Positions 9,716-18,256 of a DNA stretch of 64,000 nucleotides are shown piece after piece. The notes under the pieces are model-generated. The model was given only the letters and a program-made list of their open reading frames with translations, ran no database searches and was not told where the DNA came from. Source of the DNA: Gemmatimonadota bacterium (lineage in GTDB: Bacteria; Gemmatimonadota; Gemmatimonadetes; Palauibacterales; KS3-K002); NCBI GenBank assembly GCA_039586795.1, contig JBDHJS010000034.1:1-64000 (forward strand), in the 5' to 3' direction. Positions within the stretch are counted from its first letter, which is position 1. Each line of letters starts with the position of its first letter. The position numbers and the translations under genes are program-made.

Positions 9716-11117
9716 CCGAGTGAGAGAGACAAGCGACAGAAGCCACGGCATCGATGAAGAACCGGCGCGTCGAACGGGCACGCTCGCTCGCGGAGCTACG
9801 CTAACGCTAGCAGCACGACTCATCGCCCTCTTCGTCGGCATTGGCAGTTCGATCATCGTTGCCCGCGCCCTTGGCCCTGCTGGAAAGGGCCAGTACGCAC
9901 TTGTGGTCCTAATACTTGCACTGTTCCAATTGACCGGCGGCCTGGGGCTCGACCAAGCTGTAACGTATTTCGTAGCGAGGCGCCGAAGCGAAGCCCGAGC
10001 CGTCGGTCTCACTCTAGCACTGCTATCGGCTCTGATCGGCCTTCTGCTCGTCGGCGCGTATGCCGGAATCTCCTCTTTGTCCTTCTACTCCAGGCTGCTG
10101 GAGAGAATGGCCGTCGAACCCGGCCTCGTGTGGCTGCTGATCGTTCTGCTCCCAGGCGTGCTTCCCACGCAGACCTTGAACGCTGCCACACTGGGATTGG
10201 AACGCTACCGCGAATACAACATCGCCACCCTCATCACGCCTGTTGCCAATATCTTGATGCTAGTCGTGTTGGTGTTGGTCATGAAGCTGGGTGTAAGAGG
10301 AGCCGTTCTCTCGTTCGGCGGGTCGATACTGCTAGGCACCGCTGTCGCCGCCACCATCTTCTTCAACTCGGCGTCGGGGCCGGTCCATTTCGCCGGCAAG
10401 ATGGTCGGCGCCGCGTTCGGCTACGGGATACGTGCGCACGTCGCCAATCTGGCCTGGTTCCTCCACTATCGAGCCGACATGTTCCTCATCGGCTATATCG
10501 CCGGCCCGGCGGCCCTCGGCTTCTACACGACCGCCGCGAACGTGGCAGACAGTCTCTACCTGGCGCCAAGCGCGCTAGGGACCGTCCTGTTCCCTCGCGT
10601 CGCCGCTGGCCCGGACGAGGCCAGAGCTATTACACCCGTGGCCTGCCGTCACGCGTTCTGGCTGACGCTTGGACTCGGCACGGTTCTGGCGATCGTCGCC
10701 TGGCCATTCATCTTTGTGCTCTATGGAGAGCGCTTCTTGCCAGCAGTCTTGCCGCTCTGGCTTCTGCTGCCTGGCGTGATCAGCTTATCGATCGGTCGCG
10801 TGTTGAGCGCGGACTTCAACGGACGCCGAATGCCTGGCGTCGTGGCGAGGATGAACGGCTCCATGCTCGTGCTCAACCTGGCACTGAACATCTGGTGGAT
10901 TCCGATCTGGGGAGCGGCAGGCGCAGCTGCGGCAACATCGATATCGTACACGGCAGCCGTCTTCCTCCTGGGGCGACGCTACTGCCGCCTCTCGGGCGCC
11001 GCCTGGCGTGAACTACTCTGGCTTACCCGGGAGGACCGTACGCGGATCGGATCCAGCATGAGAACGATCCTACGACACTTGGGTCTAAAGAACAAAGCGG
11101 GAGATCCCGGCACGTGA
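9699..11117 (+). CDS. Wzx/MurJ-like oligosaccharide flippase
   Basis: About 12 hydrophobic segments; ARALGPAGKGQY, RADMFLI, LGFY, IPIWGAAGAAAATSISY. Confidence 0.9.
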   Translation: MCHRADRVRETSDRSHGIDEEPARRTGTLARGATLTLAARLIALFVGIGSSIIVARALGPAGKGQYALVVLILALFQLTGGLGLDQAVTYFVARRRSEARAVGLTLALLSALIGLLLVGAYAGISSLSFYSRLLERMAVEPGLVWLLIVLLPGVLPTQTLNAATLGLERYREYNIATLITPVANILMLVVLVLVMKLGVRGAVLSFGGSILLGTAVAATIFFNSASGPVHFAGKMVGAAFGYGIRAHVANLAWFLHYRADMFLIGYIAGPAALGFYTTAANVADSLYLAPSALGTVLFPRVAAGPDEARAITPVACRHAFWLTLGLGTVLAIVAWPFIFVLYGERFLPAVLPLWLLLPGVISLSIGRVLSADFNGRRMPGVVARMNGSMLVLNLALNIWWIPIWGAAGAAAATSISYTAAVFLLGRRYCRLSGAAWRELLWLTREDRTRIGSSMRTILRHLGLKNKAGDPGT

Positions 11118-12286
11118 GCCGCGACGTTAGTCTCTACGCGTTCGAACCCGGTTCGCCCGGCGTACCCGCCGGCTCGGGAACGGGGCTCTTCGTTTCCAGT
11201 CTGGTTAACCTGTTGAGAGCTCCGACCAGCGGGCTCGAGGTCCGAACTCGATGGCTGCGTCATGCCGATCCGAATGATCCCGCCCGCTTCGGAGAGTTCG
11301 GTCGAGCTGCCAGCTGGCTGACCGGAGAACTCCGCCGGATGCTCGGGGACAGGTCCCAGACCTTGATCTTCATCTATCCAAAAGTTCCGGTCCTCGCGCA
11401 CGTCAATGAGCCGATGATGCTGGCGATCGCCGCTCGCACCTATCGCATGCTGGCGACGCGATCACGCCTGCGACGCCAGAGAATTGTCGTGATCGTCGAG
11501 GATCTACCTATCGAACTCGCGGAGGGACGTGCCAAGGCGGGGAGCCCCACTCCGGACCTGCCAGAGAAACAGATACGCCAGATCGAACAGACGCTGTTCC
11601 GGTCTGCGCACCTACTCGTCGTGCCCACCGGCTTCGCTCAGCCGATACGGGATAGATATGAAGTCCCCAACGAGCGCATCCGTTTGTTTAGACGGAATGT
11701 CTACCTGCCGGACGCTTACCCCGAACCGGAAGCGCCACCTGAGTTCGACTCAGGAGCCGTCAATTTCTTCTACGCCGGAGCCGTGGACAGTCACGTGGCG
11801 CCCGGTTTCAGGGAAGTCCTTCGCTCGATTCGTAACGCGCCGGATACTCGGCTACACGTGTGTGGACCCGGAAGAGATGCGGTTGAGGAGTGGTTGCAGG
11901 AACTCGATGCGCCCAACGTGCGGCACTATGGACAACTCAGCATCGCCGAACACGACTGGCTGGCCGCACGCTGTGATATTGGCTTGATCCTCTACCCCAC
12001 GGACAACCCATACAACCACCTCACTCCAACCATGAAGTATTCATCCTACCTGGCCAACGGCCTGGCCATACTCAGCACCGATCTGCGCTGCGTTGCGGAG
12101 AACATAAGAGAGGACGGAGTTGGCCAGGCGATGCCGATCCGCGAATTGGCGTTGGAGCTGATGCGATGGGCGACTCGACCGAGCCTTTGGACCGATCACA
12201 AGGCACGCGCCGAAGAACAATCTGCGATGATACGGTCAGGGGCAGAGATGAGTTCGTGGGTCGAAGAGCTCGCCACTGAGTCATGA
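11114..12286 (+). CDS. Divergent GT-B glycosyltransferase
   Basis: FFYAGAV and C-terminal TMKYSSYLANGLAIL (PxKxxxY.A.G.P-type motif); coupled to the flippase and a GT4. Confidence 0.7.
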   Translation: MSRDVSLYAFEPGSPGVPAGSGTGLFVSSLVNLLRAPTSGLEVRTRWLRHADPNDPARFGEFGRAASWLTGELRRMLGDRSQTLIFIYPKVPVLAHVNEPMMLAIAARTYRMLATRSRLRRQRIVVIVEDLPIELAEGRAKAGSPTPDLPEKQIRQIEQTLFRSAHLLVVPTGFAQPIRDRYEVPNERIRLFRRNVYLPDAYPEPEAPPEFDSGAVNFFYAGAVDSHVAPGFREVLRSIRNAPDTRLHVCGPGRDAVEEWLQELDAPNVRHYGQLSIAEHDWLAARCDIGLILYPTDNPYNHLTPTMKYSSYLANGLAILSTDLRCVAENIREDGVGQAMPIRELALELMRWATRPSLWTDHKARAEEQSAMIRSGAEMSSWVEELATES

Positions 12287-13587
12287 ACGAGCTACGACGC
12301 GTCCTCGTCGTCTCGTACTTCTTTCCACCCGATCCGGCGGTGGGCGGCCTCAGGATCTCGAAGTTCGCAGAGTACCTGCCGGAATTCGGCTGGCAACCGA
12401 CAATCCTCACGGCACATACTGTCGACGGCGATGATCCAGGCAAGCACGTGTACGCCACTCCCTATTTCTCACCCTGGAAACGCCGGCAAGCGGCGAAGCC
12501 CGATTCCGACGCACACCAGCCCTTCACACCATCGCTGCGCGACCGTACCCGACGTGGCCGTGTCAGCCAGGCAACGTACTCTGCTCTACGGCACGTTCTA
12601 CCGATGAGCTCGGTCCGAATGCCCGACGCGACGCTCGGCTGGGTGCCGTACGCCGTGTCCCAAGGAAAGCGACTTCTCGGCGATCACTCCTTCGCGGCCA
12701 TCTTCAGTTCGGCCGGACCGCCAAGCTCCCACATCGTCGCCGCCCGCCTGCAGCGAGCCAGCGGCTTGCCCTGGATCGCCGACTATCGTGACCTCTGGTC
12801 GGATAACCATTGGGATACCCGCATCGGTGTATTTCGCCGCGTCGAGCGGCTATACGAACGGAGAACGCTCCGAAACGCAGCGATGCTCACCTCCGTCGGA
12901 CCCGCATGGGCACAACGACTCGCCGCCCTGCACGACAAGACGACGGAGGTCATTTACAATGGCTTCGATCCGGCCGACTACCCAGCGGCGAGACCCCAAG
13001 TCGACGACTTCGTCATCACATACGTTGGGTCCCTCTACTACCCGAATCAGATGCCGGAGCCATTCTTCGAGGCGCTTTCGCTCCTGAATGACGGCGGAAC
13101 CGCGTGGCCGCCGAACTTCAAAGTCCGCTTCCTCGGCACCGAGCCCGGTACCGTGAATCAACTGGCTCAGCGCTACGGACTCGAACGCTGGGTCGACATC
13201 GCTCCTCCGGTCCCTCACTCAAAGAGCCTCGCGCTTCAAGCTCTCTCCACCGCCTTGCTCTACGTCGGCTGGTGTGATCCCGCCGAAGGCTTCATCAGCG
13301 CCAAGATCTTCGAGTACATGGGAACCGGTCGCCCCGTGCTCGCCGTCGGTCCACCGGGCGGCAGCATCTCTGAGATCCTACGTGAATGCGGGATCGACGA
13401 CCTATCCGACAACCCGGCCGAGATCGCCGCACGTCTGGAAAGCTGGATCGAGGAGTTCAAGAACCACCGTAGACTGAGCCCCCAGAGCGACAGGAACGCC
13501 GCGGCGAAATACACTCGCCGGGCCCAAACCGAGCGCCTGGCCAGGCTGCTCGACCGCGTCGCGAAGCACGACCCCCCATCGAGTTAA
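12283..13587 (+). CDS. Glycosyltransferase family 4
   Basis: SYFFPP..GG.R..KF, WIADYRDLW, IYNGFD, SAKIFEYMGTGRPVL. Confidence 0.9.
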   Translation: MNELRRVLVVSYFFPPDPAVGGLRISKFAEYLPEFGWQPTILTAHTVDGDDPGKHVYATPYFSPWKRRQAAKPDSDAHQPFTPSLRDRTRRGRVSQATYSALRHVLPMSSVRMPDATLGWVPYAVSQGKRLLGDHSFAAIFSSAGPPSSHIVAARLQRASGLPWIADYRDLWSDNHWDTRIGVFRRVERLYERRTLRNAAMLTSVGPAWAQRLAALHDKTTEVIYNGFDPADYPAARPQVDDFVITYVGSLYYPNQMPEPFFEALSLLNDGGTAWPPNFKVRFLGTEPGTVNQLAQRYGLERWVDIAPPVPHSKSLALQALSTALLYVGWCDPAEGFISAKIFEYMGTGRPVLAVGPPGGSISEILRECGIDDLSDNPAEIAARLESWIEEFKNHRRLSPQSDRNAAAKYTRRAQTERLARLLDRVAKHDPPSS

Positions 13588-13596
13588 CGCCGTTAA

Positions 13597-13650
13597 AAAC
13601 AAGCGTTTACGGCCGGCGCTACCCTCGATTCAGGCTGGCACACTCCTCGC
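13597..13650 (+). promoter_or_regulatory. Putative sigma54 (-24/-12) promoter with an upstream IHF-like site
   Basis: TGGCAC-ACTCC-TCGC at 13636-13650 (GG-N10-GC); AAACAAGCGTTTA at 13597-13609 resembles the IHF consensus WATCAANNNNTTR. Confidence 0.45.
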
Positions 13651-14001
13651 CCCATCGGTGTGTATGAGAGCCGGCCAGCGCGCTGGCCAGCTATCTCGAA
13701 ACGGGGACTATAAACCAAGCGATAACAAGGACTTACAAGAGAGACAGTCCCGATGTTACCCGCCCCGAGCAAGCCAAGATTCGGTCAGATCTTCCGGGCA
13801 CAACCGGAAGGTATGACCGGTTCGGCCACCGCGAGGGGCGGTATTGCATCGGGTCAGTTGTTCCTCACCCCCGACCGTTACTCGTATTTCCGGATCACTC
13901 AACCCCCCGGCCCACAGCACGTGGGTCGGCTCCTGCACACCTACCGGACCTACCGAGAACTCATACCCTGGGCAGCGGTGTCACGGTCGGCGGACGCCCC
14001 A

Positions 14002-14029
14002 AAGGCGCGGGTCGGAAGGCCCGCGCCTT
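14002..14029 (+). terminator. Strong stem-loop (possible terminator or RNA 3' end)
   Basis: AAGGCGCGGGTC-GGAA-GGCCCGCGCCTT: 12-bp stem with one G-U and a GNRA loop; the U-tail is weak. Confidence 0.5.
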
Positions 14030-14108
14030 CACATTTCAGGAATGGTGGACGATCATGAAGATAGACGGCACACCATGTCACTCGCGCGTGCGGAATGGGA
14101 GGTACGGG

Positions 14109-14252
14109 ATGAGGTCCGCGTTTCTGCTGTCCGTGGTTTCGGTTGTCGTACTTGGCCTATTCGGTCTGGTGCGGTCGACGCCGCAAGAAACAGACACGAA
14201 GCAGCCTGATGAGAAGATGAGTGACGAGGAGAGCACTCTCTTCGTAGGATAG
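14109..14252 (+). CDS. Small (47 aa) single-pass membrane or exported protein
   Basis: GGAGGT SD just upstream of ATG 14109; MRSAFLLSVVSVVVLGLFGLVR hydrophobic helix, acidic tail ending LFVG. Confidence 0.65.
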   Translation: MRSAFLLSVVSVVVLGLFGLVRSTPQETDTKQPDEKMSDEESTLFVG

Positions 14253-14284
14253 CTTCTGCTTGACGAGAAGATTTTGCAGGTTGG

Positions 14285-15094
14285 CTAGGCCGGGTCAGTT
14301 CCGGCACGGCTGGAATCCGCGTGGTCACGGCACAACCTCGCGAAACGATCAGCAAGATCCTCGGTGGTCACCGACCAACGCATCTCGGTCGGTGTGATAC
14401 CGAGGATCTTTCTTACATGCGCCCAGAAATTCGGCGGCGCGCTGTAGCTCATGCGAACGGTGACATCCTCGACAGAGGCGCCAGGATCGCTCAATGCCTT
14501 CGCAGCGTAGAGCAGCCTCAGCCATTGCAGGCAGGTTTTCGGTGTAGGGAGCCCGGCGTCAGCGAAGAGCCTGTAAAGCCGGCGCCGCGACATGCCGGAT
14601 GCCTCGCACCACTGCTCTACCGTCTGCAGTCGAGTCGCCTCGTAGAGCCCGATCCGAAGCAGGCTGCGGACTCCATCATCGAGATTTGGCAGCTCCGTCT
14701 CCAGAGCCAGCAACACCTGTTCGGCTGCCGATCTGCCGCCGGCCATACTCACCAGCCGGCGCATGTCCCACTCGCTGTCGTTCTGGTCGAGAAACGCGAC
14801 GCCACAGGCGCCGGCGTCGCCCCAGGCCAGAAGCGACTCGGCGAGCATGGCTTGGAATTCCGTATAGATGACGACTGGTACGGAGGGGTATCGCTCACAT
14901 AGCCGACAGACCGGTTCTCGCTCGGCGCGCCCTGTGTGGGCGGGGTCAACGACGATCACATCGACCGCCATCATCCTCACCAGATGCTCTATCTCGTCCC
15001 AGTCTTTCGCCCAGGCAATGGCGTACTCCGATCCGACGGCTCGGTGAAGCCGCAATCGCGCTCGACGCTCGGGTAGACAGGCTACTAGCTGCAT
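14285..15094 (-). CDS. AraC-family transcriptional regulator with an N-terminal receiver-like domain
   Basis: N-term DVIVVDP...PVVIYT (REC-like); C-term double HTH SGMSRRRLYRLF...SVEDVTVRMSYS...ILGITPTE. Confidence 0.88.
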   Translation of the reverse strand: MQLVACLPERRARLRLHRAVGSEYAIAWAKDWDEIEHLVRMMAVDVIVVDPAHTGRAEREPVCRLCERYPSVPVVIYTEFQAMLAESLLAWGDAGACGVAFLDQNDSEWDMRRLVSMAGGRSAAEQVLLALETELPNLDDGVRSLLRIGLYEATRLQTVEQWCEASGMSRRRLYRLFADAGLPTPKTCLQWLRLLYAAKALSDPGASVEDVTVRMSYSAPPNFWAHVRKILGITPTEMRWSVTTEDLADRFARLCRDHADSSRAGTDPA

Positions 15095-15239
15095 ATGCTG
15101 CGCAAGGTAATCCGCCTCAGCTTATCCTGTATGGGCCTCCACGCTTGCCCTCTGGCCGCAACGGATCCAGTTTGGCCCACTGAAAGCTAGAGGGCGACCT
15201 CTGATTTTGGAACCACCCACGAAACTCCAGGAGGCGAGG

Positions 15240-15986
15240 CTGAGCGGGGAGGGCCACGAGCGCGAGAAGCTCATCTGCACCGTTATCCGGCATGTAGAGA
15301 TCGAGGATCTGGGCTACCTCGGACTCGGCCTGCAGCAGAATGGCATTGCGTTCGAGTACATCGATGCCCAGACACCCAACCTCGAACAGCTGCCGTTAGA
15401 CCGACCGCTCATCGTTCTCGGCGGACCGATGAGCGCCTACGAAGCTGATGCCTATCCGTTTCTGCAAACCGAGATCGATTTTATCCAGCGTTATCTCGAT
15501 GCTGCTCGCCCCGTTCTCGGAATCTGTTTGGGGGCACAGCTGATTGCAGCGGCCGCATCTGCAGCCGTCTACCCCGGCGCTCACGGCAAAGAAATCGGTT
15601 GGGCGGACGTGCAACTCACCGATGCTGGTTCCGCTGATCCCATATGGGCCGGCTTCCCGAATCGTTTCGCCACGTTCCACTGGCATAGCGATTCTTTCGA
15701 CCTGCCAGACGGCGCTGTGCTGCTCGGTACCAGCGATAGATACCCGCAGGCCTTTCGCCTCGGCGCAAACGTCTACGCCGTCCAATTCCATCCGGAGGTC
15801 GTACCCCCTGAACTCGAGTCATGGATCCAGGCGTACCACCTGGAACTCGAGCGGGAGAGACTTACTTCCGAACACGTGCTAGCGGTGCCTGACGCAGAAG
15901 AGCATCGGCGGATGGCATTCCTATTTGGAGAGAACATAGCGCGCTGGCTGAACTCACGACCACCTACAGTCGAGGACCACTCATGA
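15240..15986 (+). CDS. Type 1 glutamine amidotransferase (GMP-synthase-like GATase1)
   Basis: LGGPMS, GICLGAQ (Cys), FHWHSD, QFHPE (His/Glu). The SD AGGAGG precedes an in-frame CTG at 15240; TTG 15207 is the alternative start. Confidence 0.9.
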   Translation: MSGEGHEREKLICTVIRHVEIEDLGYLGLGLQQNGIAFEYIDAQTPNLEQLPLDRPLIVLGGPMSAYEADAYPFLQTEIDFIQRYLDAARPVLGICLGAQLIAAAASAAVYPGAHGKEIGWADVQLTDAGSADPIWAGFPNRFATFHWHSDSFDLPDGAVLLGTSDRYPQAFRLGANVYAVQFHPEVVPPELESWIQAYHLELERERLTSEHVLAVPDAEEHRRMAFLFGENIARWLNSRPPTVEDHS

Positions 15987-18166
15987 TCAGGCGTTCTCTA
16001 GTAGTCCTTAGCGCACTCGTCATCGCTTCGACGAGCATGGCGCAGGAGCCCGAACTCAGCATCCAGGGGATCTATGGATCGAACGAATTCGGCTCCCAGC
16101 TCGTTGCCGTGAACTGGATGGATGATGGACGCAGCTTCACGGTCGTAGAGCGAGAGGATGGTCTCGCAGATCTTTTCCGCGTCGACGCAGTCTCCGGTGA
16201 ACGCGAGCTTCTAGTCAGCGGGGCCGACCTCGTTCCGAGCGGCAGCGATACTCCGATCCGACTGGGAAGCTACCGGTTCTCCGCCGACGGATCGAAGCTT
16301 CTCATCATGACGGATGCGCAGCGCATTTGGCGACGTAGTTCGGCGGGAACGTTCTACGTCTGGGATTTCGATACGAAGACCCTCACGCCTGTCAGTCTCC
16401 AGCCCGGTCTTCAGCAGTACGCCAAGCTGTCTCCCGACAACCGCAGGGTGGCGTTTGTGCGGGATAACAACATCTACCTCTCGGACCTGGCAGCCGGCGA
16501 TGAGATCGCGCTGACAACGGACGGCGGCGGAGACATCATCAACGGAACCACCGACTGGGTCTACGAGGAAGAGTTGAGCCTGGTCGATGGGTTCCGATGG
16601 AGTCCCGATGGAGCTCGCATCGCGTTCTGGCGCTTCGACCAGAGCGCGATCCCGAGTTTCTATCTGAGCGACCAGATGTCCCTGTATCCGGATCAAGTCC
16701 CGGTTCGGTACCCAAAGGCAGGCACCGAGAATTCGAAAGTAAGACTCGGAGTCGTCGAGATCGAATCGGGAAGTACAACATGGATCGACACCGGATCCGA
16801 CCAGGAGTACTACCTGGCACGCATGGATTTCGCCGATTCGCCTCACGAGATCTGGTTGCAGAGACTCAATCGTCACCAGAACCGAATGGACCTCATGTTG
16901 GCTGATGTCAGAAGCGGGGCCGCGCGGACTATCATGACCGACACCGATGAAGCCTGGCTTGACATCGATTTCAACGATCTCATCTGGATAGACGACGGTC
17001 GGAAATTCTCCTACACAAGCGAGCGGGATGGATACGCGCACATCTACCTGTTCAATCGCGACGGAACGCTCGACCGGCAGCTGACCCGTGGGGAATGGGA
17101 GGTACTCGGGGTTTACGGCGTCGATGAGGAGCGCGGTTACGTCTATTTCACCGCCTCCACCGAGGGGCCTTTGTACCGACCGCTCTATCGCGTCGGCCTC
17201 GACGGTGATGGGCTAGAACGGCTGAGCGGCGCCACTGGCTCCCATCGCGTCAGCTTCGACCCCACTTTTACCTACTACGTCGATACCTACTCGGAAGCGG
17301 GCATCCCGCCCACCCAAACGCTGAGGACAGCGGACGGCGATCCGGTTCGGACACTGGCGGACAATTCCGAGCTCATGAGTGGTGTGGAGGCGCTGAACCT
17401 CGCTCGCCCGGAATTCATCACCGTACCCGCAGCAGATGGAACCGATCTGAACGCTTGGATCATCAAACCGCCATCGTTCGACCCTTCGCAAACCTATCCG
17501 CTGCTCATGTACGTATACGGGGGGCCCGGGTCTCAAACGGTCAACGACTCGTGGGGCGGCTCCCGCTACCTCTGGCATCAGTTGCTGGCCAGCAAGGGCT
17601 ACATAGTGGCTAGCGTTGACAACCGCGGTACGGGCGCGAGAGGCGCGAAATTCAAGAAGGTCACCTATCTAAATCTCGGGAAGTACGAAGTCGCTGATCA
17701 GATCGCTGCGGCAACACACTTTGCCTCGTTGCCCTACGTCGATGCAGAGCGTATCGGGATATGGGGGTGGAGCTACGGCGGCTATATGGCGTCGTTCTCG
17801 ATTCTCAAAGGCCATGGCGTCTTCAAGGCAGCGATCGCTGGAGCACCTGTCACGGATTGGCGGCTCTACGATACGATCTACACCGAACGCTACATGCGCA
17901 CACCACAAGAAAACCCCGACGGCTACGCGGAGAGCGCGCCTCAGGCTTTCGCGGACCTGCTGGAAGGAAACCTCCTGATCGTCCACGGCACCGGCGACGA
18001 CAACGTGCATCCGCAGAACACTTACCAGCTGGTCGAAGAGCTGATCCAGGCGAACAAGCAGTTCCAACTGCGGCTCTATCCCAACCAACCGCACGGTTTC
18101 CGCGGGACCGTCAGACGCGTGAACCTCTATACGATGATGACGAATTTCTTGCTGGAAAACCTGTAG
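15983..18166 (+). CDS. Dipeptidyl peptidase IV (S9B), exported
   Basis: Signal peptide; DWVYEEE, YPKAG, GWSYGG (Ser), DDNVH (Asp), PHG (His). Confidence 0.95.
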   Translation: MIRRSLVVLSALVIASTSMAQEPELSIQGIYGSNEFGSQLVAVNWMDDGRSFTVVEREDGLADLFRVDAVSGERELLVSGADLVPSGSDTPIRLGSYRFSADGSKLLIMTDAQRIWRRSSAGTFYVWDFDTKTLTPVSLQPGLQQYAKLSPDNRRVAFVRDNNIYLSDLAAGDEIALTTDGGGDIINGTTDWVYEEELSLVDGFRWSPDGARIAFWRFDQSAIPSFYLSDQMSLYPDQVPVRYPKAGTENSKVRLGVVEIESGSTTWIDTGSDQEYYLARMDFADSPHEIWLQRLNRHQNRMDLMLADVRSGAARTIMTDTDEAWLDIDFNDLIWIDDGRKFSYTSERDGYAHIYLFNRDGTLDRQLTRGEWEVLGVYGVDEERGYVYFTASTEGPLYRPLYRVGLDGDGLERLSGATGSHRVSFDPTFTYYVDTYSEAGIPPTQTLRTADGDPVRTLADNSELMSGVEALNLARPEFITVPAADGTDLNAWIIKPPSFDPSQTYPLLMYVYGGPGSQTVNDSWGGSRYLWHQLLASKGYIVASVDNRGTGARGAKFKKVTYLNLGKYEVADQIAAATHFASLPYVDAERIGIWGWSYGGYMASFSILKGHGVFKAAIAGAPVTDWRLYDTIYTERYMRTPQENPDGYAESAPQAFADLLEGNLLIVHGTGDDNVHPQNTYQLVEELIQANKQFQLRLYPNQPHGFRGTVRRVNLYTMMTNFLLENL

Positions 18167-18206
18167 ATCGATGCGACGAAGCCCAAAACACTCAAACTAG
18201 AAATCT

Positions 18207-18243
18207 GGGGCATCGGGGGAACAGAACAACTCCCCGATGCCCC
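18207..18243. terminator. Inverted repeat between convergent peptidase genes
   Basis: GGGGCATCGGGG...CCCCGATGCCCC, perfect 12-bp stem. Confidence 0.65.
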
Positions 18244-18256
18244 CGTACTCTGCGAA

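Noticed and set aside
13753..14058. 101-aa ORF in the intergenic region (and 13844-14209)
   Set aside because: No clear SD, non-protein-like composition, and it runs through a strong hairpin; the region is better explained as non-coding.
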